Positions 27,452 through 37,643 of a DNA stretch of 64,000 nucleotides are shown here, piece after piece. A program made the position numbers and the translations under genes. The stretch comes from Pseudomonadota bacterium (GTDB taxonomy: Bacteria; Pseudomonadota; Alphaproteobacteria; Sphingomonadales; Sphingomonadaceae): the NCBI GenBank assembly GCA_039180285.1, contig JBCDDN010000001.1, positions 19,922 through 83,921 on the forward strand, read 5' to 3'. Within the stretch, counting starts at the first letter, position 1. Each line of letters starts with the position of its first letter. Under the pieces are notes generated by a model. The model was not told where the DNA came from. It saw only the letters and a program-made list of their open reading frames with translations, and did not search any database.

Positions 27452-27964
27452 ATGGCCGACGAACAGGGTGCCGCTCCCGATCAAGCAGCGGGCGGAGAAC
27501 CGCCCCGCGCGAATATCCTCGCACAATATGTGAAGGACCTTTCCTTCGAAAATCCGAACGCGCCGGGCGTATATCAGTCAAACGAGACGCCGAAGATCGA
27601 CGTGCAGTTCAACATCGGTAGCGACACCGCGGGCGAAGGCGTCTGGGAAGTTATGCTGAAGATGGACGTCAGCGCCCAGCTCGAACAGGGAGCGGCCTTC
27701 CAGGTCGAACTCGTCTATGCCGGGCTCTTCGCACTATCCAACGTGCCCGACGAACAGCGCGAACCCTTCCTGCTCGTCGAAGCGCCGCGCGTGCTGTTTC
27801 CCTTCGCGCGCCGTATCCTGGCCGACACGGTCCGCGACGGCAATTTCCCGCCGCTGATGCTCGAGCCGATCGATTTCGCCGCGCTGTACATGCAGCAGAA
27901 GGCGCAGCTCGCGCAGGGCGGACCGGACAATGTCGATATCGATTCGCAGATTGGCCAGGCGTGA
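27452..27964 (+). CDS. secB: protein-export chaperone SecB
   Basis: Trimmed to ATG 27452 (MADEQG...). ILAQYVKDLSFENPNAP and LLVEAPRVLFPFARRI are classical SecB segments. Confidence 0.9.
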   Translation: MADEQGAAPDQAAGGEPPRANILAQYVKDLSFENPNAPGVYQSNETPKIDVQFNIGSDTAGEGVWEVMLKMDVSAQLEQGAAFQVELVYAGLFALSNVPDEQREPFLLVEAPRVLFPFARRILADTVRDGNFPPLMLEPIDFAALYMQQKAQLAQGGPDNVDIDSQIGQA

Positions 27965-28006
27965 CGCCGGAATGACCGGGCCTGAGGCAGGAGCCGGCCG
28001 GACGCC

Positions 28007-29575
28007 ATGAACCTGATCCGGGCAACCGGAACGATCGGCGGCCTGACCATGGTCAGTCGCATCGCCGGGTTCGTGCGGGACATGCTGCTGGCGCGAATCC
28101 TCGGCCCCGGAACGGCGGCGGACAGTTTCTTCGTCGCTTTTCAGCTACCCAACATATTTCGGCGGCTGTTCGCCGAGGGCGCGTTCGCCGCGGCCTTCGT
28201 TCCGCTGTTCAGCCGCAAGCTCGGCAAGGATGGCGAACTCGACGACGCCGAACGGTTTTCGAGCGAAGTCGTATCGGTCTTCGTGCCAATCCTGATTCTT
28301 TTCGTCGCCCTGTTCGAGATCGCGATGCCGGCGATCATCTGGCTGATGGCCAGCGGCTTTCAGGACGTGCCGGGCAAGTTCGAGTTGACCGTCGCGCTGG
28401 CCCGGATCACCTTCCCCTATCTCTTCCTGATCAGCCTGGTCGCGCTGCTCGCCGCGATCCTGAATTCCATGTCGCGCTTCGCGGCCGGCGCCAGCTTTCC
28501 GATCCTGCTTAACCTCGTGCTGATCGCTGCGCTGCTGATCGGCAGCCAGATCGCGGACGGCGATACGGTCCTGATCGCCTATCTTTTGGCCGGCGGTGTC
28601 GCGCTTGGCGGTGTAGTGCAGCTAGCTTGGCTCTGGTTCTGGATGAAACGCAGCGGATTCAGGCTGCGCTTCCAGCGCCCGCGCCTCACCAAAGACGTCA
28701 AGGAACTCGGAATCATCATCCTGCCCGCGGCTTTCGGCGCCGGCGTCTATCAGATCAGCCAGCTCGTTCAGCTCTTCTTCGCGACCCAATTGCCGAGCGG
28801 CTCGGTCAGCCATCTCAATTTTGCCGATCGGCTGAACCAGCTGCCTCTGGGGGTGATCGGTATTGCACTGGGCACGGCGATCCTCCCTGCCCTCTCTCGC
28901 CATATCGGGGCGGACGACAAGGCGCAGGCGGACCGGGTCCAGTCCAACGCGATCGAGTTGGCGATGCTGCTGACTTTCCCGGCCACCGCCGCGTTGATGA
29001 TCTGCGCACCGGCCTTCGTGAACGCCTTCTTTCTGGGCGGGCAATTCGATGCGGACGATGCGCGCATCACGAGCAACGTGCTGACCGCGCTCGTTGCGGG
29101 GCTTCCCGCCTATGTGCTGATCAAGGTGCTGACACCGGCTTTCTTCTCGCGCAAGGATACGCGGACGCCGGTGTATGCGGCGGCGATCGTGCTCGCTTTT
29201 TTTATCACCTTCAACGCGGTGATGATCGACCGGCTCGGTATCGTCGGCATCGCATCGGCCACGGCCGTCGGCGCATGGCTGAACGTCGTCATGCTCTACA
29301 CGATCCTGCAAATGCGGGGCCATTATCGGCTGAACGCGCGACTTGTTCGGCGTTTGATCAGCCAGTTGCTCGCCACCGGCGCAATGGCGGTCCTGCTCTA
29401 TTATCTGCTGCCGCCGCTCAGCGCCTGGTTCGGCGGCAGCGTCATGGAGCGTATAGTATCGATCGCGATACTGGTCAGCGCCGGAATGCTCGTCTATTTC
29501 AGCGCGGCGGCGCTGACCGGCGCCATCGATCGATCCAAGATCGCGCTCCTTCTCAAGCGAAAGGCCCCCAATTGA
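28007..29575 (+). CDS. murJ: lipid II flippase MurJ
   Basis: 522 aa, polytopic. N-terminal [17 protein letters not shown] signature. Confidence 0.9.
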   Translation: MNLIRATGTIGGLTMVSRIAGFVRDMLLARILGPGTAADSFFVAFQLPNIFRRLFAEGAFAAAFVPLFSRKLGKDGELDDAERFSSEVVSVFVPILILFVALFEIAMPAIIWLMASGFQDVPGKFELTVALARITFPYLFLISLVALLAAILNSMSRFAAGASFPILLNLVLIAALLIGSQIADGDTVLIAYLLAGGVALGGVVQLAWLWFWMKRSGFRLRFQRPRLTKDVKELGIIILPAAFGAGVYQISQLVQLFFATQLPSGSVSHLNFADRLNQLPLGVIGIALGTAILPALSRHIGADDKAQADRVQSNAIELAMLLTFPATAALMICAPAFVNAFFLGGQFDADDARITSNVLTALVAGLPAYVLIKVLTPAFFSRKDTRTPVYAAAIVLAFFITFNAVMIDRLGIVGIASATAVGAWLNVVMLYTILQMRGHYRLNARLVRRLISQLLATGAMAVLLYYLLPPLSAWFGGSVMERIVSIAILVSAGMLVYFSAAALTGAIDRSKIALLLKRKAPN

Positions 29576-29586
29576 TACGCCCAACC

Positions 29587-30585
29587 ATGCGAGTAGTTTC
29601 CGGAATCCAGCCTACCGGCAATCTTCATCTCGGCAATTATCTCGGTGCGATCGTCAACTGGGTGAAGATGCAGGAAGACGGCGAGTGCCTGTTCTTCCTG
29701 GCCGACCTTCATGCGATTTCCCTGCCGATCGACGCGGCCGAGCTCAGCGCCAGCACGCGCGAAATGGCGGCGGCATTGATCGCATCGGGCATCGATCCGG
29801 AGCGCGCGATCCTGTTCAACCAGGCGCGCGTCCCGGCCCATGCCGAGCTGCAATGGCTGCTGTCGGGCACCGCGCGCATGGGCTGGCTCAATCGTATGAC
29901 GCAGTTCAAGGAAAAGTCCGGCAAGAACAAGGAAGGATCCAGCATCGCGCTGTTCGCCTATCCCGTCCTGCAGGCCGCTGACGTCCTCCTCTACCGTGCG
30001 ACCCATGTTCCGGTCGGAGAAGATCAGAAACAGCATCTCGAACTGGCTCGCGATATTGCCGAAAAGTTCAACACGGATACCGGTACCGAAACCTTCGTGC
30101 CGCCCGAACCCTATATCGGGACGACGGCCGCGCGGATCATGTCGCTGCGCGACGGCTCGGCAAAAATGTCCAAATCCGATCCGTCGGACATGAGTCGGAT
30201 CAACCTGGCCGACGATGTCGATACGATCGCCAAGAAGATACGCAAGGCCAGGACCGATCCCGAGCCCCTACCGGAAACGACGGATGGACTGGCCGAGCGC
30301 CCCGAGGCGCGCAACCTGGTCACCATCTACGCCGCGCTGGCCGAGATCGCGCCGGACGCCGTGCTCGCCGATTTCGCCGGCAAGGGCTTCGGCGATTTCA
30401 AACCGGCCCTGGCGGATCTCACGGTATCGGTGCTCGAGCCCATATCCCGCCGGTTCAATAGGCTGAAAGACGATATCGGCGCACTGGATGCCGTTCTCGA
30501 AGCCGGAGCCGAGAAGGCGGCCGTTATGGGGCGCCCGGTATTGGCCGATGCCTATCGTGCGCTCGGCCTGCTAAGCGGCCGCTAG
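29587..30585 (+). CDS. trpS: tryptophan--tRNA ligase
   Basis: Track ORF 28627-30585 trimmed to ATG 29587 ([22 protein letters not shown]). KMSKS present. Confidence 0.95.
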   Translation: MRVVSGIQPTGNLHLGNYLGAIVNWVKMQEDGECLFFLADLHAISLPIDAAELSASTREMAAALIASGIDPERAILFNQARVPAHAELQWLLSGTARMGWLNRMTQFKEKSGKNKEGSSIALFAYPVLQAADVLLYRATHVPVGEDQKQHLELARDIAEKFNTDTGTETFVPPEPYIGTTAARIMSLRDGSAKMSKSDPSDMSRINLADDVDTIAKKIRKARTDPEPLPETTDGLAERPEARNLVTIYAALAEIAPDAVLADFAGKGFGDFKPALADLTVSVLEPISRRFNRLKDDIGALDAVLEAGAEKAAVMGRPVLADAYRALGLLSGR

Positions 30586-30682
30586 TTTTTTCGTTCACCA
30601 AACGTTCAATTTCGGTTCAGGCGGCTTGGTATAGCGTCCCAAGACCTTATATATGTTGCGTAACAGGTTTCGGAGACCCGCC

Positions 30683-31339
30683 ATGTCACGAAAAATTCTC
30701 GCTTTGGCCGCACCGTTGGCGCTGCTTGCGGTCGCCGCCTGTACGACACCGTTCCGGGCCGATGTCGCGCGTTTCCAGCAAATGCCGGCGCCGCAAGGCC
30801 AGAGCTTCTATATTCAGCCTTCCGACGAGGGCAAGGCCAATGGTCTCGAATTCTCGACCTACGCCAATCTGGTCGCGGCCGAGCTCAGCCAATATGGCTA
30901 TACACCGGCGAGTGCCGCACAAGATGCTACTTTGGTCGTGACCATGGACTATGCCGTCGATGACGGGCGCGAGCGGATCGTGACGACGCCGGGATTCCGG
31001 CGCGGCTATTGGGGTTATCGCGGCTTCTTCCATGGCCCCTATTTCAGCCGGCTGAGATGGCGCTCGCCCTATTATTACGGCTGGTACGATCCGTTTTTCG
31101 ACAGCGGCTTCGGTTATCCCGAGGTTCGCAGCTATACGCTCTATACGAGCGAGCTCGATCTCCGGATCGAGCGGACGGCGGACGGCGAACCGGTGTTCGA
31201 AGGCCGGGCCCGCGCGCGCTCGCGCAGCGATGCATTGACCGAGTTGGTACCCAATCTCGTCGAAGCGATGTTCACCAACTTCCCGGGCAATTCCGGCGAA
31301 GAAGTGCGCATCACCGTAATGCCGAACGAGGACGGCTGA
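30683..31339 (+). CDS. lipoprotein of unknown function (DUF4136-like)
   Basis: Trimmed to ATG 30683. MSRKILALAAPLALLAVAAC carries the lipobox. Tyr/Gly/Arg-rich middle region. Confidence 0.6.
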   Translation: MSRKILALAAPLALLAVAACTTPFRADVARFQQMPAPQGQSFYIQPSDEGKANGLEFSTYANLVAAELSQYGYTPASAAQDATLVVTMDYAVDDGRERIVTTPGFRRGYWGYRGFFHGPYFSRLRWRSPYYYGWYDPFFDSGFGYPEVRSYTLYTSELDLRIERTADGEPVFEGRARARSRSDALTELVPNLVEAMFTNFPGNSGEEVRITVMPNEDG

Positions 31340-31522
31340 ATACTCGGAATCGATCCACATCGCAGTCTAATCTTCGCCGGACGATTTCTAGACTCCGAAA
31401 TGGCGGCAAATCAGTCTTTTGCAACCATATCCCCGTGTCTAGAATGGTATGTGGCTCCGGGCGACCGATGATGGATGGGATGCCCTGAAGAGCGTGTGTG
31501 AAGCGCAAGATGGGGGGCGACG

Positions 31523-32224
31523 ATGGAAAAGGAATTTCGGGACAAGGTAACCTTCGTCCTGACGAGCTTCACCGCTTTGGTGGCGCTCGCTGGCACGATC
31601 TGGTTTGGCACGGCGGCTATCGATAAGGAAAGCGCCGAACTTTCGCTGCAGAATCAATATCTCAGTCCGCAATCCACACCCACACCTGACACCGATATTG
31701 TGTGCTTGGTCGAGGCACTAACAGCTTCAGAAGAGACGAACATCGCACAAGCTGCCGAGTACCAAGGCACCTACATGTATCGGGGCCAGTATCGTATTTC
31801 GAACAGCGGTACGATTCCATTCCGAATTTCGCATGTAGATTTCCATATTTATGCGATACCGGAAGACAATATTCGACCGGAAAGCTTTTCGGACGTGCGC
31901 TGGTTTTCGCTGGATCACAGGATCCAGAATGGCGATTTTTTGATCGAAGACGAGCCACATCGCATTTCGGTCGACGAAGTATTTTACAAAGACAATCGCA
32001 TGGATGTCAGCTTTGGTTTTCAGATCGCGCGCCGGATCGGTTACGCTTACTACATTGAGGCCATCGGCCAAGGGGGACTACCCGACTTCAGGCTGGAAGA
32101 CGGTCGTCGCATGATCTTTCTGGATGATGAAATGCTCCGCGAATTCGGTGCTCGAGACCTTCGCGTTATCGCTCCATTGAGCAACCAAGGCGCATGCCCG
32201 GCACCCCAAACGGCACCGGAATAG
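31523..32224 (+). CDS. hypothetical membrane-anchored protein (orphan, atypical composition)
   Basis: 233-aa ORF with one N-terminal TM helix (VTFVLTSFTALVALAGTIWFG). Codon usage and base composition are visibly more AT-rich than the neighbours. I recognise no family. Confidence 0.5.
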   Translation: MEKEFRDKVTFVLTSFTALVALAGTIWFGTAAIDKESAELSLQNQYLSPQSTPTPDTDIVCLVEALTASEETNIAQAAEYQGTYMYRGQYRISNSGTIPFRISHVDFHIYAIPEDNIRPESFSDVRWFSLDHRIQNGDFLIEDEPHRISVDEVFYKDNRMDVSFGFQIARRIGYAYYIEAIGQGGLPDFRLEDGRRMIFLDDEMLREFGARDLRVIAPLSNQGACPAPQTAPE

Positions 32225-32248
32225 AAGGTGGAACTCCCAGGCCAGCGT

Positions 32249-33664
32249 CTAGTTTTCGAGTTTCCGCAACAACGAACGGACGTCCGAATCGAGTTCGCTA
32301 TCGGCCGCCCGCAATTCCTTGATCCGCTTGATCGCGTGAATCACCGTCGTGTGATCCCGGCCCCCGAAGCGCCGACCGATTTCGGGTAGCGAACGTGGCG
32401 TCAGGCGTTTCGCCAGATACATGGCGACCTGACGCGGCCGCGCAACTTCGCGCGCGCGGCGAGCCGATGTCATTTCGGCATGCCGAATCCCATAATGCTC
32501 GCAGACGCTGCGCTGGATCTCGTCGATCGTGATCCGGCGCTGCGAATGGCGCAGCAGATCGGCGAGCGTTTCCTGAGCGAAAGCGAGATCGATGGGTCGT
32601 TTGGACAGCAGGGAATAGGCGACCACGCGGGTGAGCGCGCCTTCGAGCTCGCGGATGCTGGCCGAAAAACGCTGCGCAAGAAAATCGGCAACGTCCCGCG
32701 GCATATCGGCCTGCGGCATCTGCACCAGTTTATGCGAGACGATACGGCGGCGATGATCGAGATCGGGTTGGCGGAGATCGGTGACGAGGCCGCCGGCCAA
32801 ACGGGATGCGATCCGCTTGTCTACCGCGCCGAGCTCGTGCGGCGGGCGATCCGCGCTGATTACGAGGCGATGGCCGGTGGCAATTATCTCGTTGATCGTA
32901 TGGAAAAATTCTTCCTGCGTCGCTTCCTTGCCGGCAATGAACTGCACATCGTCGACGAGCAGCAGATCGGCCGAGCGCAACTTCTGCTTGAACCCGATCG
33001 TATCCTTCTCGCGCATCGCCGAGACAAACTCGTACATGAATTTTTCGGCCGACATGTAGAGGACGTTCGAGCGCGGCTTCTGGCGCAAAAATTCATGTCC
33101 GATGGCATGAAGCAGGTGCGTCTTGCCCAGCCCCGTTCCCGCATGGATGTAGAGCGAACTGAACATCGGCACGCCGGCATCGGCCATCATGCGCGCCGCG
33201 TTGAATGCGACTTCGTTCGCGGTGCCGGTTACAAAATTCGAAAACACATAACGGTTTTCAAGTGGTGTCCCGATGCTGTCGCCGCTCGTGCCCGAGAGCT
33301 GTTCGGTCGGCGGCAGCACATCTTCCTCGCCGACGATGAAAAGCGCCGGGCGGGATGCGCCTTCGGCAGCGGCGATGTCGATCTCACGGACGCTCGGTAC
33401 CGTCGCGCGCCACGCATAGCGAAGCCGGTCGGAATAATGTTCGCGAACCCAATCCGCCATGAAGTGCGAGGGAAGCTCGAGCCGAACCTGGCCGGCCTCC
33501 TCCTCGAAGCCGATCAGCTTCATCGGTTTCAGCCAATGATCGAAAGTACGCGCGCCGAGATCGCGGCGCAGTCCGTTTCGGATCGCTTCCCAGGCTGCTT
33601 CGAAAGGCTGATGCGCATTCACGGTTTCGGTGCCACCTTCATCGAGACCATTATCATGCCGCAC
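32249..33664 (-). CDS. dnaA: chromosomal replication initiator protein DnaA
   Basis: 471 aa. Walker A GTGLGKTHLLHA. C-terminal DNA-binding signature GGRDHTTVIHAIKRI. Confidence 0.95.
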   Translation of the reverse strand: MRHDNGLDEGGTETVNAHQPFEAAWEAIRNGLRRDLGARTFDHWLKPMKLIGFEEEAGQVRLELPSHFMADWVREHYSDRLRYAWRATVPSVREIDIAAAEGASRPALFIVGEEDVLPPTEQLSGTSGDSIGTPLENRYVFSNFVTGTANEVAFNAARMMADAGVPMFSSLYIHAGTGLGKTHLLHAIGHEFLRQKPRSNVLYMSAEKFMYEFVSAMREKDTIGFKQKLRSADLLLVDDVQFIAGKEATQEEFFHTINEIIATGHRLVISADRPPHELGAVDKRIASRLAGGLVTDLRQPDLDHRRRIVSHKLVQMPQADMPRDVADFLAQRFSASIRELEGALTRVVAYSLLSKRPIDLAFAQETLADLLRHSQRRITIDEIQRSVCEHYGIRHAEMTSARRAREVARPRQVAMYLAKRLTPRSLPEIGRRFGGRDHTTVIHAIKRIKELRAADSELDSDVRSLLRKLEN

Positions 33665-34045
33665 TCAACAACCCTCCCCTTACACCTGCTCAACCCCACT
33701 CGATACGGCCCGACGCTTTGCCATCGTCTGAACCGCCCCGCCTCGCCGGACACAGAAAAGGTTCTGCGAAAACCGATATTTTCGCATTGCACTCTTTACT
33801 GGCGACTGTACCGGCCGGGAAGAATCGCTACCGACCGAGAGACTGTTTGATGAATTGTTAACGCGCTCAACGCAAGGGGGGCGGACGTCAAAAAATTGAA
33901 ATAATTGGGGTTGACACGGAGAGCCGCCAATCTTGCCCGAACACCAACTAAAACATTGATAAATATGAATTTTTATCGATTTGTTTCGTGTAGCAAACGA
34001 TTCGAGAATCGCGCGACTCGTTGAGATTCCAAGTGTAACTATTCT

Positions 34046-34072
34046 GAAAAAAATTTCCGCGTCCCGCGGCGG
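34046..34072 (-). terminator. rho-independent terminator candidate downstream of rpsT
   Basis: The minus strand reads CCGCGGGACGCGG followed by AAATTTTTTT. Confidence 0.55.
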
Positions 34073-34106
34073 TGGCGAGAGCGAGTATTACAGTTGTAAG
34101 ACGCAA

Positions 34107-34370
34107 TTATTTCAGCGCGGCAACCCGCTTGGACAGACGCGAAAGTTTCCGCGAGGCCGTGTTCTTATGGAAGATTCCTTTCGAAACGCCACGCGCCAAT
34201 TCCGGCTGCATCGCCTGCAACGCTTCGGTCGCTTCTTTCTTGTCGCCAGCTTCGACGGCCGCCTCGACCTTCTTGATGAAGCTGCGAATCCGGCTAACCC
34301 GGTTGGTGTTCACAACTGCACGCCGATCGTTACGGCGAATGCGTTTCTTGGCCTGGGGCGTGTTGGCCAT
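34107..34370 (-). CDS. rpsT: 30S ribosomal protein S20
   Basis: 87 aa, [29 protein letters not shown]... Confidence 0.95.
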   Translation of the reverse strand: MANTPQAKKRIRRNDRRAVVNTNRVSRIRSFIKKVEAAVEAGDKKEATEALQAMQPELARGVSKGIFHKNTASRKLSRLSKRVAALK

Positions 34371-34390
34371 AATAAACCTCGATCATGTCA

Positions 34391-34429
34391 AAATAAAAAG
34401 GCGCAGCCTTCGCCGCACCGCAAGCGCCT
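34391..34429 (-). terminator. hairpin plus U-run between mutM and rpsT
   Basis: The minus strand reads AGGCGC...GCGCCT followed by TTTTTATTTT. It lies about 60 nt after the mutM stop and about 20 nt before the rpsT ATG, so it could instead belong to the rpsT leader. Confidence 0.4.
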
Positions 34430-34489
34430 GGCACCTAGCTATGACGGCCGCGAAGGTCAAGTAGCAAGGCGAGGTCCGGCGGCGAGATT

Positions 34490-35308
34490 TCAGCGCTGGC
34501 ATCGGGGGCAATAGAAGGTCGATCGACCGCTATCGACTCGCCGGCGGATACGCCCGCCACAACCGCACGCCTCCCCTTCCCGGCCATAGGCGCGCCAGCT
34601 TTTGAAAAAGTAACCAAGCTGGCCATCGGGTTGCGCATAGTCGCGCAGGCTCGAACCACCGGCTTCGATCGCTGCGGCGATGATCTCACGAATGGCCGAC
34701 ACCAGCCGCTCGAGCCGTGCGGCCCGAATACGCCGCCCTGAGGTACCCGGCGCAATTCGGGCCTGATGTAGCGCCTCGCAGACATAAATATTGCCAAGCC
34801 CGGCAACCACGCGCTGATCGAGCAGCAGAGATTTGACCGGTCCCGTGCGATCCGCAAAGGCTCGGGCCAGATAGTCCGCTGTAAAGTCCGGGCCCAGCGG
34901 CTCGGGGCCGAGCGCCGCGAAGGGCGCGAACCCGGCGAGTGCCTCCGTCCGCACCAGATCGAGCGAGCCGAAACGGCGCGGGTCGTTGAGCGCCAGCCTT
35001 CGTCCGATACCCGTCTCGATCACGAGATGATCATGGATGCCGATCTCTTCGGGGTCCAGCCGCCACCGACCGGACATTCCGAGATGGAAGATCAACGTGT
35101 CTCGACGATCGGTATCGATCAGCCCATATTTGGCGCGGCGCCCCAGACCTGTAACCATCGCACCCGTCATCCGTTGACGCAAATCGGGCGGAATCGGGCG
35201 CCGGAGATCCGGCCGTCGCGGCTCCGCCAGAGCGATCCGCTGGCCCAGCAACACGGGCTCAAGACCGCGTATGGTTGTTTCGACTTCAGGAAGTTCCGGC
35301 ATCGTCAT
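34490..35308 (-). CDS. mutM: formamidopyrimidine-DNA glycosylase
   Basis: N-terminal MPELPEVET and C-terminal zinc finger CGCGG...YCPRCQ. Confidence 0.95.
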   Translation of the reverse strand: MTMPELPEVETTIRGLEPVLLGQRIALAEPRRPDLRRPIPPDLRQRMTGAMVTGLGRRAKYGLIDTDRRDTLIFHLGMSGRWRLDPEEIGIHDHLVIETGIGRRLALNDPRRFGSLDLVRTEALAGFAPFAALGPEPLGPDFTADYLARAFADRTGPVKSLLLDQRVVAGLGNIYVCEALHQARIAPGTSGRRIRAARLERLVSAIREIIAAAIEAGGSSLRDYAQPDGQLGYFFKSWRAYGREGEACGCGGRIRRRVDSGRSTFYCPRCQR

Positions 35309-35379
35309 CAGCTAAGATGCGTTTGCGGGCACGGCAAGGCTTGGCTAGAGGAGCAAGCCTTCCCATCTGGCAGGCAGTC

Positions 35380-36114
35380 ATGAACGAAGAAAATGTCTAT
35401 TTTGGCTATGAAGACATAGCGCCCGAAGAAAAGACCGCGCGCGTCGGCGGCGTGTTTTCAAATGTGGCATCGAGCTACGACCTGATGAACGATGCGATGT
35501 CGGGCGGGATGCACCGGCTGTGGAAGGACCGTTTCGTTCGCCGGGTCAAGCCGCGCGCCGGCGAAGCGATTCTCGATATGGCCGGTGGCACCGGTGATAT
35601 CGCCTTTCGCCTGGCCCGTTCCGGTGCCGCGATAACCGTGGCCGATATCAATGCGGAGATGCTCCAGGTCGGAATGGACCGGGCGGCAAAGCGCGATGTC
35701 GAGGGGCTGATCTGGGCGCAGGAAAACGCCGAAGCGTTGAGTTTCGCGGATAAGAGCTTCGATGTCTATACGATCGCCTTCGGCATTCGAAACGTGACCC
35801 ATATCGGGCAAGCTCTGGAGGAGGCGCATCGCGTTCTCAAACGCGGCGGGCGATTTTTCTGCCTCGAATTCTCGACCACGCTCTGGCCGGGATTCGCCGA
35901 AGTCTATGACCTATATTCGCACAAGATTGTGCCAAAGATCGGCCAGGCGCTGGCCAAGGATGAAGACAGTTATCGCTATCTCATCGAATCGATTCGCCGC
36001 TTTCCCGATATGGCCGCCTTCAAAACCATGATCGAGGAGGCCGGTTTCGTTCAATGCGCCGTCGAGCCGATGCTGGGCGGGCTTGTGGCCATCCATAGCG
36101 GCTATCGGATTTGA
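35380..36114 (+). CDS. ubiE: ubiquinone/menaquinone biosynthesis C-methyltransferase UbiE
   Basis: Trimmed to ATG 35380 (MNEENVYFGYEDI...). VFSNVASSYDLMND and ILDMAGGTGDIAF motifs. Confidence 0.9.
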   Translation: MNEENVYFGYEDIAPEEKTARVGGVFSNVASSYDLMNDAMSGGMHRLWKDRFVRRVKPRAGEAILDMAGGTGDIAFRLARSGAAITVADINAEMLQVGMDRAAKRDVEGLIWAQENAEALSFADKSFDVYTIAFGIRNVTHIGQALEEAHRVLKRGGRFFCLEFSTTLWPGFAEVYDLYSHKIVPKIGQALAKDEDSYRYLIESIRRFPDMAAFKTMIEEAGFVQCAVEPMLGGLVAIHSGYRI

Positions 36115-37643
36115 CCCGGCCCAGAACGCATATATGGCGGCTGTTGAAATGGGGCCGGACGCTGGCGCGGCACGGTGCGTTGAGCGGGATCGAGCGCGAT
36201 CCCTTGACGCCGTCGCCGATCAAGCGGATGATTCGCATCGCCCGTTTCGGCGCCCGCGTGCCGAAACAGCCGGCCTATGCCGACGCATTGGAGGCGATCG
36301 GCCCCGCCGCGATCAAACTCGGTCAGACGCTGGCGACCCGGCCGGACTTGGTGGGCGAAGAGGCCACGCACGATCTGTTGCGGCTGCAGGACCGACTTCC
36401 TCCAATTCCGTTCGCACGCATCGAAGAAGCGATCGCGCGCTCCTTCGACAAATCGATCGATGCGCTCTTCTCGAGCATCGAACCGGATCCGGTCGGAGCG
36501 GCGTCGATCGCGCAGGTTCACAAGGCCGTAACCACCGACGGCCGAACGGTCGCCGTGAAAGTGTTGCGGCCCGGCATCGAAAAAGTCTTCGCGCGCGACA
36601 TCGAAACCTATGAATGGGCCGCCACTCAGGTCGAGGCAATGGGCGGCGAGCTCGCCCGGCTTCGTCCACGCTTGACGATCGAGACGTTCAAGCGCTGGAC
36701 GGCGCGCGAACTTGACCTCAGGCGTGAGGCCGCATCGGCGTCGGAACTGGCCGGCGGTATGCAGGCGGAACCCGATTTCGTCGTCCCGGCGATCGACTGG
36801 CAGCGGACCGGCGGACGCGTAATGACGCTCGAATGGTTCGACGGGATCAAGATTTCAGATCGCGACGCGCTCGACGCGGCCGGTCATGATCGCAAGGCGC
36901 TGGCCGGAACCCTTGTCCGCGCTTTTTTGCGCCAAGCCATCTCCGAAGGCTTTTTCCATGCCGATATGCATCAGGGCAATCTGTTCGTGCTGCCGGACGG
37001 CAAGATCGGCGCGATCGATTTCGGGATCATGGGCCGTATCGACCGGCGTGCGCGATTGTGGCTGGCCGAGATTCTCTATGGCCTGATCACCGGCAACTAT
37101 CGCCGCGTCGCCGAAATCCATTTCGAAGCAGGCTATGTTCCCGCCTATCATAACGTCGCCGAATTCGCGACGGCTTTGCGGGCAGTCGGCGAACCGATCC
37201 GCGGCTTGCCGGTCAAGGAAATTTCGATCGGCCAGATGCTCGACGGCCTGTTCGCGATCACGCGCGATTTCGACATGCAGACACAACCGCATCTGCTGCT
37301 GCTGCAGAAGACGATGGTGATGGTGGAGGGCGTGGCCACGAGCCTCGATCCGGACGTCAACATGTGGGAGACCGCCAAGCCCTTCGTCGGTGAATGGTTG
37401 CGGAGCGAATTGGGGCCGGAAGCGGCAATCGCGGACAGGTTGCGCGAGGATATCGGAACGCTGGCGCGCCTACCCGAACTCGTGCGGCGGCTGGAAGCTG
37501 AGATCCCGAACCGCGGCGCCGCGCCGCCGTCACCGCCGCTGCAAGACGTGGAACCTGTAGCGATCGGCACAGGTTGGAAATACTGGCTGGTTGCGGCGCT
37601 CGGCGCCGGGGCCGGCATAGCAGGAAGTTGGTTTTGGTTATGA
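36111..37643 (+). CDS. ubiB: ubiquinone biosynthesis ABC1-family kinase-like protein UbiB
   Basis: 510 aa. Has AASIAQVHKA, VAVKVLRPGI and FHADMHQGN motifs and a C-terminal TM segment. Its start overlaps the ubiE stop. Confidence 0.9.
   Translation: MTRPRTHIWRLLKWGRTLARHGALSGIERDPLTPSPIKRMIRIARFGARVPKQPAYADALEAIGPAAIKLGQTLATRPDLVGEEATHDLLRLQDRLPPIPFARIEEAIARSFDKSIDALFSSIEPDPVGAASIAQVHKAVTTDGRTVAVKVLRPGIEKVFARDIETYEWAATQVEAMGGELARLRPRLTIETFKRWTARELDLRREAASASELAGGMQAEPDFVVPAIDWQRTGGRVMTLEWFDGIKISDRDALDAAGHDRKALAGTLVRAFLRQAISEGFFHADMHQGNLFVLPDGKIGAIDFGIMGRIDRRARLWLAEILYGLITGNYRRVAEIHFEAGYVPAYHNVAEFATALRAVGEPIRGLPVKEISIGQMLDGLFAITRDFDMQTQPHLLLLQKTMVMVEGVATSLDPDVNMWETAKPFVGEWLRSELGPEAAIADRLREDIGTLARLPELVRRLEAEIPNRGAAPPSPPLQDVEPVAIGTGWKYWLVAALGAGAGIAGSWFWL

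Noticed and set aside
28627-29586. 5' extension that makes the trpS ORF 652 aa and overlaps murJ out of frame
   Set aside because: The canonical TrpRS N-terminus ([18 protein letters not shown]) begins at ATG 29587, just after the murJ stop. The extension is Arg/Pro-rich out-of-frame murJ sequence.
33665-34106. Calling this dnaA-upstream AT-rich region the chromosomal origin (oriC)
   Set aside because: I could find no cluster of good DnaA boxes by eye, and alphaproteobacterial origins are often not dnaA-linked. I cannot compute GC skew here. It is kept only as a promoter-region observation.
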